Source: a virus. From it: a stretch of DNA of 64,000 bases. Of the stretch, positions 10,638-19,523 are shown piece after piece. Position 1 is the first letter of the stretch, and each line of letters begins with the position of its first letter. Location: positions 11,047 through 75,046 of the IMG/VR virus record IMGVR_UViG_3300045988_101367; one strand, 5' to 3'. Under the pieces are notes generated by a model, which was not told where the DNA came from, made no database searches, and saw nothing but the letters and a program-made list of their open reading frames with translations. The translations under genes and the position numbers were made by a program.

Positions 10638-10820
10638 AATAGAACAAATGTAGGAATGAATGAAGTGAATCCTCCAATGAATAGAATAAATCTGTGAGTG
10701 CATAAAAAATTTGTAAGTGTCTGATAATCAAGGAGTTATGAAAATACCCTTCTTATCTTATACGTGAAAAATATTTTACATTTTTAAAATTTTAAAATTT
10801 TTAAGGTTACTTTATATATT

Positions 10821-10830
10821 CCCCCCCCCC
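10821..10830. repeat. C10 homopolymer tract
   Basis: cccccccccc in a genome with <30% GC. Further C-runs (ccccttagagcccccc) lie at 10919-10936. Confidence 0.9.
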
Positions 10831-10993
10831 GTTATTTTTTAGGAACTGTTACATTAATGGCTTTTATTGAAGTAGTTAATTTTTAAATTAAATTTAGTGA
10901 TTTACACGGGTGTTCACTGCCCCTTAGAGCCCCCCACATATTTGGAGTAAAAACCAAACAAAAAAATTATTAACAAATTTAAAAATTAAAACT

Positions 10994-11413
10994 ATGTCAC
11001 AGATTACAGTAGGTAAAGATGGCGATGTTCGCCACAGCGCTATGTCAGCTAGACAAATAGCTGAAGAAACAAAGCAGAGTACAAACATCAGATTGGCATT
11101 TGGTGCCATAGTACAACTGAATGCGCAGGATTTTACAATTCCTGCGAACATGATGACTGGGCAGCCAGCTCAGCCATCGCAAATACTCACCGCCAGCGGT
11201 ATCACCGTTGGTAATTTGGAAGGGGAGCGTACTGTGAATGTTACTCGCATCTTGTCTTTAGTTTGCCTAGGTTGCAATAACTTAACACAGGCATCTACTT
11301 GGTTGGCTGACCATCATGTAGTAGGTTTTGATGTTGATATTGAAACATTACAGAACTATGGCAACGCACGAAGATTTTCTAATGTGCGTTTGGTAACTGA
11401 GAATGCTGAGTAA
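10994..11413 (+). CDS. hypothetical protein (139 aa), GC-rich moron-like gene
   Basis: ORF composition (~45% GC by eye) differs sharply from the flanks. It is bounded upstream by C-tracts and downstream by a strong terminator. No family recognised. Confidence 0.5.
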   Translation: MSQITVGKDGDVRHSAMSARQIAEETKQSTNIRLAFGAIVQLNAQDFTIPANMMTGQPAQPSQILTASGITVGNLEGERTVNVTRILSLVCLGCNNLTQASTWLADHHVVGFDVDIETLQNYGNARRFSNVRLVTENAE

Positions 11414-11417
11414 CAAA

Positions 11418-11454
11418 GGGGAGAGAGTAATCTCTCTCCTTTAAAATTTTTTTT
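11418..11454 (+). terminator. rho-independent terminator
   Basis: ggggagagag-taat-ctctctcc stem followed by tttaaaattttttttt. Confidence 0.6.
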
Positions 11455-12516
11455 ATAAATTTCTTTGTATTTTTTGTATATGTTCAAAACTATTAAGGGA
11501 GTTTATGGGAAAAATAAACTTGTTGACTTAGAAACTTTAGAATTCTACAATGTTCAACTTCCGACACAAATTGTTGGAATTTTTATGTTGTTGATTATTG
11601 AGAATGATAAAGTTATCGTGGTCAAGTATGCTAATTGGAGAAATAGCTGGAATTGGTGGGGAATAAGTTGGGATTGGGTGAGGAAGGTGAGTTATTTATA
11701 TGGTTTGGTATGAGTTTTTGTGTTCACACAAACCTCCCATCCACCAAACAAACCTTTCCCAATTTCCCAATCTCTCTCACTAAAACCAACTTATATATCA
11801 CTCCAAAAATCATCATCACATCAAATAAATTTTAAGGATATTGTACAATAATATTTTTATTCTTTGTAAGATGTTTAATCAAAAATAATAAAAACAAAAG
11901 GTTTTTACCCAAAAGTTGAAATCCCTGTCTAAAGTTTACTTTAGACGAAATTCTATATCGTAAATTAGCTAAGTTGATGAATCTTATAATTAATGGGAAA
12001 TTTACACAACGAAAAATGTATTATGTATCTATTGATACTGCGATATTTAAACTTATAAACAATTTAACTATTTAAATAAAATGAAGAAATACAACATTTG
12101 GAATAAAATTTTCCATAAAAGGAAATTAAACAAGAATGTTGCGGATTATAAACTTCAACAAAGTCTTGTTAATAGTTATGAGTCTAAACGATACTCCATA
12201 AAAGAATTTGGCGTAAAGGGTTTCGTAATGCTAACCTTGATCCAGATAAATATGGAATGTTTAAGATATATAAATGAGGTTTATATTGGAGGAATCTATG
12301 GTCTTAATACTCGAACTATCGCACGATTCTAAAAAAGAACCATATACACAGACATGCTATGTCTTATGTGCTTATAAAAGATTGTTAAAATCTAATATTA
12401 TAGCACTTGCAGATAATGCTAAGTTATTAGTACCAACAAAATAATTATAAGATTCTTACAATCCTACTTATAGGAATGGGTAAAATAGCATATAATAATT
12501 TTAAAGAAATGAACTC

Positions 12517-12885
12517 ATGAAAAATTTAAATAAAAAAATTATATCAGGTTGTGAGAGTCTTGCCGGTAAAGCTCTCACAATAGATCATGATGCTAAAACT
12601 TATCACATTGGTGATAGAGTAATTCCATTTTCTTCTTGTGTTATTAAAGAAGGTAAAATTTATTACTTGACACCAATGTGTAAAGCTCTTATTAATATGG
12701 GTTTTAATGGCGTAGCAGATTTTACCTCTAATACAGTTATTTGTACTAGTTTTGATAATTGTAATTGCAATATTAAAACTGTAGGACCTGTAACTATCGA
12801 CGATAGAGTCTTTATTAAGATTACTCTTAATTCAGAATTTCCAATGTATGAAAGTTACGAATCTTTAAGAAGTGAAGTTTATTAA
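12517..12885 (+). CDS. hypothetical Cys-rich protein (122 aa)
   Basis: Track ORF; its 3' end lies inside the tandem duplication. Confidence 0.4.
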   Translation: MKNLNKKIISGCESLAGKALTIDHDAKTYHIGDRVIPFSSCVIKEGKIYYLTPMCKALINMGFNGVADFTSNTVICTSFDNCNCNIKTVGPVTIDDRVFIKITLNSEFPMYESYESLRSEVY

Positions 12886-13286
12886 GTAAAAGAATGAATC
12901 TGCACTCTAGTACTATAGAGTATAATGAATAGTTGGCATCTTGGAAAGAAAATTGGTTAATCATAAGACAAGACTTATGTATTTTTAAAATAAAATAGTT
13001 ATCAACTAATACAGTTATTTGTACTAGTTTTGATAATTGTAATTGCAATATTAAAACTGTAGGACCTGTAACTATCGACGATAGAGTCTTTATTAAGATT
13101 ACTCTTAATTCAGAATTTCCAATGTATGAAAGTTACGAATCTTTAAGAAGTGAAGTTTATTAAGTAAAAGAATGAATCTGCACTCTAGTACTATAGAGTA
13201 TAATGAATAGTTGGCATCTTGGAAAGAAAATTGGTTAATCATAAGACAAGACTTATGTATTTTTAAAATAAAATAGTTATCAACAA
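12729..13286 (+). repeat. perfect tandem duplication, 2 x ~279 bp
   Basis: Sequence from taatacagttatttgtactag... to ...aaaatagttatcaac occurs twice back to back (12729-13007 and 13008-13286). Copy 2 carries a fragment of the 3' end of gene 12517-12885. Confidence 0.8.
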
Positions 13287-13425
13287 TATACAGTTTAGAT
13301 CATTTCGCTAGTTCGGTCTGTGATAGATAGAGCTCTAGTGTAAACCTACATCCTGCATATCCAAAGTAGCAGACTCTTAATGAGAAAGGTGATGGCACAT
13401 TATTAATAATTAAATTAAAAAAAAA

Positions 13426-13596
13426 TGGAGACAAAAGACATTATTAAGATTACAGCATTAGTCTTTTCTAAAAAGAAAACTATTGCACAAGTAAGTAAGG
13501 AGTACAAAGCTATTCATGGTAAAGAACTTCCAATCAAGAGTGACTTAGAAACATTACAAGCACAATTATCTTTGGGAGGAATTTATCAATGGTGAC
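13426..13596 (+). CDS. small hypothetical protein (56 aa)
   Basis: METKDIIKITALVFSKKKTIAQVSKEYKAIHGKELPIKSDLETLQAQLSLGGIYQW. Confidence 0.3.
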
Positions 13597-13948
13597 AATG
13601 AATCACAATACTCTGGGAGAATTAGTAATAATGCTCTCAGCACAGATTGATGCAGAGTACAATATTTCTAAGACTACACATGCTAACTATGTTAATGCTT
13701 TCAATAAGAAGTATCAATATCTTAATAATACATTAAGAATTATTTCTGGAGAAAGTATAAAGGGGGGAACATTTGCAGCATATATTAGAAATCCTTTGTT
13801 AGTATTATCGGGACTAATTATGGATAAGTACAAGAAAATATTATTTACAGATATAAAAGGTAACACTTTTGTTGTAAATAATGTTAAATGGCTTTACCAA
13901 TATATGAGTTCTAAAAACATTAATACAGAACCAAGAATATATGGATAA
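13589..13948 (+). CDS. hypothetical protein (119 aa)
   Basis: Track ORF, standard code. Confidence 0.4.
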   Translation: MVTMNHNTLGELVIMLSAQIDAEYNISKTTHANYVNAFNKKYQYLNNTLRIISGESIKGGTFAAYIRNPLLVLSGLIMDKYKKILFTDIKGNTFVVNNVKWLYQYMSSKNINTEPRIYG

Positions 13949-14339
13949 AGGTTTGCTAGGAATTGTTATACTTGCTTTTATTCTATGTGTGATTTGGGCT
14001 ATTGCCAATCATAATAAAGAAATAAAACAAGTAAAACTTAATCAGCTAAGAGATATAAGAAGCAATATAAACAATGCTTTAAGTCTCTACGATTGTTTGT
14101 ATATACATATTAATATGTATAATAAAGGATTTACTAGGAGTAAATCTTTGACATCTGATGGAATAGTATTTCTATCAGATAACTTATCATCTAAAACTGT
14201 AATGTTCAAAGAAGGAACTTTAGAATATATCGAAGGTCATTATGAAGCTGACTCTGAAATTTATAAAACAGCATTAGCTACATATAAATCTAGATTAATT
14301 TCTGAAGTTAATCTTGAACTAGTTAGATATAACTATTAA
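13941..14339 (+). CDS. hypothetical protein with N-terminal TM helix (132 aa)
   Basis: Track ORF; the GLLGIVILAFILCVIWAIA segment is hydrophobic. Confidence 0.4.
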   Translation: MDKGLLGIVILAFILCVIWAIANHNKEIKQVKLNQLRDIRSNINNALSLYDCLYIHINMYNKGFTRSKSLTSDGIVFLSDNLSSKTVMFKEGTLEYIEGHYEADSEIYKTALATYKSRLISEVNLELVRYNY

Positions 14340-14350
14340 TTTTAAAAATT

Positions 14351-14746
14351 ATGGAATTATTATTTAATGTTAAACAGAAAAATGTTGTGGCTAAGATTGG
14401 TGAAGATTACTTCTTTCTTAGCAAGAAACCAAAGAAGCTAGAGTTTGCTGATTCAGTGCATAAGACTTTAGTCTTAAAGCATTTTAAAGCTCTGAAACCA
14501 ACTATTGAAGAACATTCAGTTATTGATGAGTCATTAACTGTAGATGAGTGGAAAGATTTTCCAGTATGGTTAGAGAATGAATCTAATGGCGCTGAAGGAA
14601 ATCTTGAAATTACTAAATTTACTTATGGTAATATTAAACTGTATGTAAATGGTGGATGCCTTTGTGGAAATGTTCCAGAATATGCTTTAAAAGGCATCAT
14701 TAAATTGTTCAAACAATCTAAAACGAAAGAAAATGCAGACAATTAA
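14351..14746 (+). CDS. hypothetical protein (131 aa)
   Basis: Track ORF. Confidence 0.4.
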   Translation: MELLFNVKQKNVVAKIGEDYFFLSKKPKKLEFADSVHKTLVLKHFKALKPTIEEHSVIDESLTVDEWKDFPVWLENESNGAEGNLEITKFTYGNIKLYVNGGCLCGNVPEYALKGIIKLFKQSKTKENADN

Positions 14747-15227
14747 GAAAGTAAAGTACAGCATTGAAAGAATTGGTAACAGTACGTTTTGTACTATGTC
14801 TTGTGATTTAGAGTACATAATGGATTACTTAGAAGGAGCTAATACAAAAGTTTCAAGTGCTGATACTTCTGTATTCCTTAAAATTGCGACTTCTAAAGAA
14901 AGAAAGATTTTCATTAAAAATCTTGCTTCTTGGGGACTTACTGTTGATAATTCTACTGTAACAGTCGTTTCTAAAATTACTTTAAGTAAAAATGATAAGG
15001 ACGACCAGGTAGTAGCTAATCGAATTGTAAGAGATAAAGCTATGCATACTATGTGTAAAGTTATTGCAAATGCTTTGAATCAGGCTTTGGATTCTACTTA
15101 TAATAGATTAGCTAAAGTAAACAATATTATTAATAAGTTAGAGCACATTGCTTATCATTTAAAATACAATGAGAATTATATATGTGATATTTGTCCAGAC
15201 TCAGAAGATAATAATGTGATACTATAA
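14733..15227 (+). CDS. hypothetical protein (164 aa)
   Basis: Track ORF. Confidence 0.4.
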   Translation: MQTIKKVKYSIERIGNSTFCTMSCDLEYIMDYLEGANTKVSSADTSVFLKIATSKERKIFIKNLASWGLTVDNSTVTVVSKITLSKNDKDDQVVANRIVRDKAMHTMCKVIANALNQALDSTYNRLAKVNNIINKLEHIAYHLKYNENYICDICPDSEDNNVIL

Positions 15228-15335
15228 AATTGTCTATGTTAAAGTTTAAAATTTGCAAAATATGATGATTTAAACTATAAAATTTGAAATTAACAAATTT
15301 TTACTTTTACAATGGATATTTGAAACTATAGTAGA

Positions 15336-15599
15336 GTGTTGTTAAGAAACAATGCTCTATATACTATTAACTTTATAAAAATTATAATTATGAAAGTTTT
15401 AAGAAAGATATATAATGTTATTAACAATAGCATTCAGTCTCGCGTAGTCAATTCTAAAGAAGAGGCTAACAAATACATTATTTCTCTCAATAGAACTTTA
15501 GAAAATAAAGTATCTCTTGAGACAGTAAATAATAAACAGGTAGAAGCCGTTAAAATTAATGGTAAATGGTGTATATCTGAAACTGAAATAATAGAGTAA
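15336..15599 (+). CDS. hypothetical protein (87 aa)
   Basis: Track ORF. Confidence 0.35.
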   Translation: MLLRNNALYTINFIKIIIMKVLRKIYNVINNSIQSRVVNSKEEANKYIISLNRTLENKVSLETVNNKQVEAVKINGKWCISETEIIE

Positions 15600-15619
15600 T
15601 TCTGTAAAGTTCATATATA

Positions 15620-15650
15620 TTGTTGGCAACTAGCAGATAATTAGTTGCAC
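15620..15650 (+). promoter_or_regulatory. conserved hairpin element upstream of a tRNA (copy 1)
   Basis: attgttGGCAACTAgcagataatTAGTTGCac is repeated almost exactly at 18826-18858; both copies immediately precede a tRNA gene. Confidence 0.4.
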
Positions 15651-15652
15651 TT

Positions 15653-15725
15653 GGTCCTGTAGCTCAGTGTATAGAGCAGGAATCTTCTAAATTCCGGGTC
15701 GTGAGTTAGATTCTCACCAGGACCA
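15653..15725 (+). tRNA. tRNA-Arg(TCT)
   Basis: Acceptor GGTCCTG/CAGGACC, D-arm GCTC-AGTGTATA-GAGC, anticodon stem GGAAT/ATTCC with loop CTTCTAA, T-arm GTGAG-TTAGATT-CTCAC. Confidence 0.65.
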
Positions 15726-15730
15726 CACAT

Positions 15731-15811
15731 GCGGAGTTAGCTTAATGGCTAGAGCACCTCACTTCCACAATTCATAGAGAGGTTATATTGGTTCGAATCC
15801 TTTACTCCGTA
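15731..15811 (+). tRNA. tRNA-like gene with non-canonical anticodon region
   Basis: Acceptor GCGGAGT/ACTCCGT, normal D-arm, T-arm ATTGG-TTCGAAT-CCTTT (two U-U mismatches). No 5-7-5 anticodon hairpin is present; only ACCTC...GAGGT pairs, around an 18-nt loop, so the anticodon is unresolved. Confidence 0.3.
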
Positions 15812-15825
15812 CTAACATTAAAAGA

Positions 15826-16185
15826 TTGAGTAATATGAAAAAGATTATTTTATTAATGAGTTTTATTGTATTAACTACAATAGCTCATGCGTTTAATTAT
15901 GGTTCTATCACTATTTATCAAGATGGTGAATGGGGCAAACCATTGTATATTAAAACTTCAGTAGTATATAATGAAGCCAGAAAAACTATTACTTTTAGTA
16001 ATAGTAAGTTTGGTAAAATGGTATTAAAAATATACTCTTCTGAAATGAAGGATGGAGTAGAAATCCATAATTGTGGAGAGGTTAATACAGGAAGACGCTT
16101 TGTTGTCTTTATTACAGTAAGAAATAATATTCCTTATGTAACTCTCAGCGCTTCCGCAGATACCATGTTTTCATTTGGCTTTTAA
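15826..16185 (+). CDS. secreted protein (signal peptide) (119 aa)
   Basis: MSNMKKIILLMSFIVLTTIAHA signal-like N-terminus; track ORF. Confidence 0.45.
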   Translation: MSNMKKIILLMSFIVLTTIAHAFNYGSITIYQDGEWGKPLYIKTSVVYNEARKTITFSNSKFGKMVLKIYSSEMKDGVEIHNCGEVNTGRRFVVFITVRNNIPYVTLSASADTMFSFGF

Positions 16186-16240
16186 GTTTCCATAATAATG
16201 TGTTAACGTTTTACTAGTTTTCCGATATAAACTAGTACTT

Positions 16241-16324
16241 ACGGTAGTAGCTCAGTGGTTAGAGCATCTCTTTTTATAATAGGTCATTTCGAGAAGGTCA
16301 TTGGTTCGAATCCTTTCTACCGTA
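16241..16324 (+). tRNA. tRNA-like gene, long extra arm, anticodon loop TTTTATA (nominal anticodon UUA)
   Basis: Acceptor ACGGTAG/CTACCGT perfect, D-arm GCTC-AGTGGTTA-GAGC, weak anticodon stem TCTCT/ATAGG (one mismatch), same unusual T-arm ATTGG-TTCGAAT-CCTTT as the 15731 gene. Confidence 0.3.
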
Positions 16325-16406
16325 CAAATTTAATTTGATATATTGTTAGTGTGTTTGGATAAATCCTGTATTAGTACGTTACCACTATTCTCCTTTATAG
16401 AAATGT

Positions 16407-16462
16407 AGGCTATAGCTCAAAAGGTTAGAGCACCCCGAGATTGTGGTTCGATTCCACATATC
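16407..16462 (+). tRNA. tRNA-like remnant (D-arm-like plus T-arm TGTGG-TTCGATT-CCACA, no anticodon arm)
   Basis: Only about 56 nt of tRNA-like sequence; no acceptor pairing found. Confidence 0.2.
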
Positions 16463-16469
16463 TCCCTAT

Positions 16470-16545
16470 ATACGGATGCCTGAGTGGTCGAAAGGGTAGG
16501 TCTCCAAAACCTATAGAGACGAAAGTTGAACAACTACTCCGTGTG
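16470..16545 (+). tRNA. tRNA-like gene with anticodon arm TAGGT-CTCCAAA-ACCTA (anticodon CCA); T-arm not canonical
   Basis: Acceptor ATACGGA/TCCGTGT pairs and the D region GAGTGGTCGAAAGGG is class-II-like, but the 3' part lacks a TTCGAAT-type T-arm. Confidence 0.3.
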
Positions 16546-16565
16546 CAAAATAAGATTATAAATTA

Positions 16566-16639
16566 GCTTTCTAAGCTTTAAGGTGAAGTACGAAACTTTT
16601 AATTTCGGGAAGACAGGTCAGTACTGTCAGGGAGCACCA
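16566..16639 (+). tRNA. tRNA-Lys(TTT), CCA encoded
   Basis: Acceptor GCTTTCT/AGGGAGC (two G-U), anticodon arm CGAAA-CTTTTAA-TTTCG, T-arm GACAG-GTCAGTA-CTGTC, 3' ACCA. Confidence 0.6.
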
Positions 16640-16680
16640 TTAATTTTTAATTTATTAAAAGTATTCATTTGTAATACACG

Positions 16681-16710
16681 AGATTCTCAGTCTGTGAAGA
16701 TAGAGAATCT
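16681..16710 (+). promoter_or_regulatory. hairpin with conserved loop gtctgtgaagata (copy 1)
   Basis: agattctc-AGTCTGTGAAGATA-gagaatct; a second hairpin with the same loop lies at 16861-16890. Both precede tRNA genes. Confidence 0.4.
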
Positions 16711-16714
16711 ACTT

Positions 16715-16787
16715 GGCACTATCGTCTAGCTGGTTAGGACGGGATTCTTTCAAGATCCAAAGGCGATCTCGAGCATCGCTAGTGCTA
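16715..16787 (+). tRNA. tRNA-Glu(TTC)
   Basis: Acceptor GGCACTA/TAGTGCT, anticodon arm GGATT-CTTTCAA-GATCC, T-arm GCGAT-CTCGAGC-ATCGC. Confidence 0.65.
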
Positions 16788-16860
16788 CTCTTCCATATTT
16801 AAAAAACTAATACAATTAATATTTAAAATATAAAGTCAGCGAACGTTAAAGAGTTGTTAG

Positions 16861-16890
16861 GCTTCTTGTCTGTGAAGATAGGAAGCTTTA
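16861..16890 (+). promoter_or_regulatory. hairpin with conserved loop gtctgtgaagata (copy 2)
   Basis: gcttctt-GTCTGTGAAGATA-ggaagc. Confidence 0.4.
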
Positions 16891-16892
16891 TT

Positions 16893-16964
16893 GGAGAAAT
16901 GACTGAGTGGTCCACCCTGCTAAGGTGTTAGTCATGCTCGAAGGTTCGAATCCTTCTTTCTCCG
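16893..16964 (+). tRNA. tRNA, atypical; candidate anticodon GCT (Ser)
   Basis: Acceptor GGAGAAA/TTTCTCC and T-arm GAAGG-TTCGAAT-CCTTC are perfect. The D and anticodon regions fold only as CACC-CTGCTAA-GGTG. Confidence 0.4.
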
Positions 16965-17020
16965 CTTTATACATACTTGTAATTATAAAATATGGTTCGT
17001 GAGAATAGTATTTTATTCTT

Positions 17021-17092
17021 GGGATATTGGTGTAACGACAGTCACGTTGGGATTTGACCCCAAAAGAAGAGGTTTGACTCCTCTATATCCTT
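17021..17092 (+). tRNA. tRNA-Gln(TTG)
   Basis: Acceptor GGGATAT/ATATCCT, anticodon arm TTGGG-ATTTGAC-CCCAA, T-arm AGAGG-TTTGACT-CCTCT. A gagaata...tattctt hairpin lies upstream. Confidence 0.65.
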
Positions 17093-17106
17093 CTAATTTT
17101 AACAAT

Positions 17107-17780
17107 ATGAAATATGATTGGTCAAAAGAAAGAATTGAATCAGTTATTGCAGACTGCGATTCATTATCTTAGGTATTAGAAACATACCTAGAGCAGGTAA
17201 TAATACTGCTACATTAAGAAAGAAATTAGAGGAATTTAACATAGATTATTCACATTTTACTTATGGAGCAAAAGGTAAAAAAGGAATTGAAAATTATGTT
17301 CCAGTAAAAGAATATTTAGGTACTGGAAAATACATTCAAACTACCAAATTAAAAGAAAAGTTAATTAAAGAAGGTCTTAAAAAGAATGAATGTGAAAATC
17401 CTAAGTGTCCTTGTAAGAATGGATATTGGTTAGACAATCCTTTGATATGCTAACTACATCATATTAACGGCAATAATAGAGATAATAGATTAGAAAATTT
17501 ACAGATGTTGTGCCCAAATTGCCATTCACAAACAGATAATTATTGTGGACAAGCTGCAAAATATTTCTGTGGTGCAAAAAAGAAGACAAAAGCTGCACGA
17601 TATTGTCCTAAATGTGCAGCCAAAATGGCACAAAAAGTAGATTTACCAACTAAAGATGATCTTATAAATAAATTTAAAGAACTAAAATCTTTTGTTGCTG
17701 TAGGTCAATTTTATAAGGTATCAGATAACACCGTTAGAAAATGGTGTAAGAAATACCATATACTAAAAAAGAATTAGTAT
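17107..17780 (+). pseudogene. HNH endonuclease, disrupted (frame change plus internal TAA)
   Basis: C-terminal frame carries CPCKNGYWLDNPLIC-(TAA)-LHHINGNNRDNRLENLQMLCPNCH, a classic HNH motif. The N-terminal MKYDWSKERIESVIADCDSL... frame is offset by one and itself contains a TAG. Confidence 0.5.
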
Positions 17781-17812
17781 TATTCTTAAAAGATTTTAAC
17801 TAAGAATTTTAA

Positions 17813-17850
17813 GTGGACTGTCAGCCCCAGTTCGAATCTGGGTAGCCCAA
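17813..17850 (+). tRNA. tRNA 3'-half fragment (T-arm CCCAG-TTCGAAT-CTGGG plus acceptor strand TAGCCCA)
   Basis: No matching 5' acceptor strand, D-arm or anticodon arm upstream. Confidence 0.3.
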
Positions 17851-18038
17851 CAACTGAAATAGGTACTAAACAACTCTCAGTAACTCTATTAAATAGCGTA
17901 ATTACCTTAAAATTAATCATTTGGGTTAAAAAGAGAAAGAACGTTAGATAGCTGAGGACAATGGAATAGTTTAAATATAACCAGTGAATATCGCCTATTA
18001 TTTAAATAGATTATTAACACATTAATTATAGATAAATT

Positions 18039-18428
18039 ATGACAAGACAAGATTATTTTATTAGTAAAACCAATTTAATAGCACAAATAGAAAGTGCTAA
18101 GAAATTTGGTTGTAAACATGTACTCAAGTGTGCAAAGTTAAACTTAGCTGAACTTGAAAAGAAATACAAAAAAGAACATCTTTCTAATCCTCTGTTCAGT
18201 TACATGGTAACTGATGAAGAACTGGACGAACTTATTAGAAATGATGAAAAGCCTACATTTAAAATCAAAGTAACTTTTAAAAGTGGAGAAGCTTATGATT
18301 TAATGTTTTATCATGAACTTAAAAGTGGAGTTAAACATTCTGATGTTGTGAAATGGGCGATGATAGGATTAACTAAAACTATTCATCATCCTGAAAATAT
18401 TGTAAATGCTCGTTTTATTATGGGTTAA
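18039..18428 (+). CDS. hypothetical protein (129 aa)
   Basis: Track ORF. Confidence 0.4.
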   Translation: MTRQDYFISKTNLIAQIESAKKFGCKHVLKCAKLNLAELEKKYKKEHLSNPLFSYMVTDEELDELIRNDEKPTFKIKVTFKSGEAYDLMFYHELKSGVKHSDVVKWAMIGLTKTIHHPENIVNARFIMG

Positions 18429-18433
18429 GAGAT

Positions 18434-18793
18434 ATGGAAATAAAAACAATACAGATTGACTCTGATACATTTTTAGTGTTTAAGGGACGAGAGTACAGAC
18501 AGATAAACATAAATGACATTGTATGTATAAAAACATCTGGTAAATATAGTACTATAATAGATGTTCATGGCAATAGTATTATTGTGTGTTGTTCATTAAA
18601 AAATATTTCACGTGTTTTATGTATTAATTTTATTCTTGCAACACAAGGATTTTTAATAAATCATAAATACATATCTGAGATAACTAGAAAGAATGATGAA
18701 AACAATACATATATCTTAAAATTAAATGATGATATTCATACAACTGTGGATATTTCATTACATATAGCTACAAACATGTTAAAACAATTGTAA
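18434..18793 (+). CDS. hypothetical protein (119 aa)
   Basis: Track ORF. Confidence 0.4.
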   Translation: MEIKTIQIDSDTFLVFKGREYRQININDIVCIKTSGKYSTIIDVHGNSIIVCCSLKNISRVLCINFILATQGFLINHKYISEITRKNDENNTYILKLNDDIHTTVDISLHIATNMLKQL

Positions 18794-18825
18794 TACCATA
18801 ATAATTTAAGGTTTATAAAATAAAT

Positions 18826-18858
18826 ATTGTTGGCAACTAGCAGATAATTAGTTGCTCC
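18826..18858 (+). promoter_or_regulatory. conserved hairpin element upstream of a tRNA (copy 2)
   Basis: attgttGGCAACTAgcagataatTAGTTGCtc; near-identical to 15620-15650. Confidence 0.4.
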
Positions 18859-18860
18859 TT

Positions 18861-18943
18861 GGCTCAGTATCCGAATTGGTATAGGAGATGGTCTTAAACA
18901 CCATTGGACATGTGTCCGTACGGGTTCGAGTCCCGTCTGAGCT
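18861..18943 (+). tRNA. tRNA-Leu(TAA), class II
   Basis: Acceptor GGCTCAG/CTGAGCT, anticodon arm ATGGT-CTTAAAC-ACCAT, long variable arm GGAC-ATGT-GTCC, T-arm ACGGG-TTCGAGT-CCCGT. Confidence 0.65.
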
Positions 18944-19029
18944 AGAATAGCAAATGAGAAACCTCCACGTGGTGCTATTCGGATAACGCTAATTCTCATA
19001 AAATTAATATAGTTCAGATTATAAGCTAA

Positions 19030-19134
19030 TTAAATATGGCGGAATTGGTATACGGCAGTAGATTGACGGAAGCGCCTCTAAAGTCGTCGTTAAATATTTC
19101 TTGAGGATTAAAGGTTCGAATCCTTTTGTTTAAG
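19030..19134 (+). tRNA. tRNA-like element (~105 nt) with canonical T-arm AAAGG-TTCGAAT-CCTTT but unresolved body
   Basis: AT-only acceptor pairing TTAAATA/TGTTTAA. It contains a CTCTAAA loop identical to the suppressor tRNA anticodon loop, but I could not fold a stem around it. Confidence 0.2.
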
Positions 19135-19268
19135 TTAGCTTGTCTGAACTACATAATTGATTATTTATTATGTTTTGAAAAATTAAAATCATTCATAATT
19201 ACTATGAATTTGTGAAAATTTATAAGTAATGTAAAATTTTCGTTTTGTAAAAGATTTTATCTTTTTTT

Positions 19269-19305
19269 AAACTCATACTGCTTGCGAAAGTAGTATGAGT
19301 TTTTA
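19269..19305 (+). terminator. hairpin terminator with conserved loop (gcttgcgaaagt)
   Basis: aaactcatact-gcttgcgaaagt-agtatgagttt followed by ttttaaat. A related hairpin with the same loop core (aagagct-ttgcttgtgaaagtag-agctctt) lies at 19565-19595. Confidence 0.5.
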
Positions 19306-19451
19306 AATAAGGCTATATAGCAATACTAGTATAAAAGCATGTCCAGATGCTTAATCCCTAGAATAGGCTGTCTGATTCAATATGGCGGCACATAGTCAAC
19401 TAACTAGGCAAAGCGTTTAATAAAAACAAATGCTCTTACTGAATTGTAATG

Positions 19452-19523
19452 AAATGTGTAGCTCAGTGGTTAGAGCATCTATCGTTGAGTAGAAGGTTGG
19501 CAGTTCAAATCTGTCCACATTTC
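19452..19523 (+). tRNA. tRNA with atypical anticodon arm (possible 8-nt loop)
   Basis: Acceptor AAATGTG/CACATTT perfect, D-arm GCTC-AGTGGTTA-GAGC, T-arm GGCAG-TTCAAAT-CTGTC. The anticodon region folds as TCTA-TCGTTGAG-TAGA. Confidence 0.4.

Noticed and set aside
16241-16324. Ochre (UAA) suppressor tRNA, suggested by the TTTTATA anticodon loop
   Set aside because: TAA is the predominant stop codon throughout the window. The anticodon stem of this element is imperfect and its T-arm is mismatched, so it is more likely a degenerate or duplicated tRNA-like gene than a functional UAA reader.
17813-17850. attP-like integration core at the tRNA 3'-half fragment
   Set aside because: No integrase or recombinase gene in the window and no matching repeat elsewhere; it is more likely a tRNA remnant.
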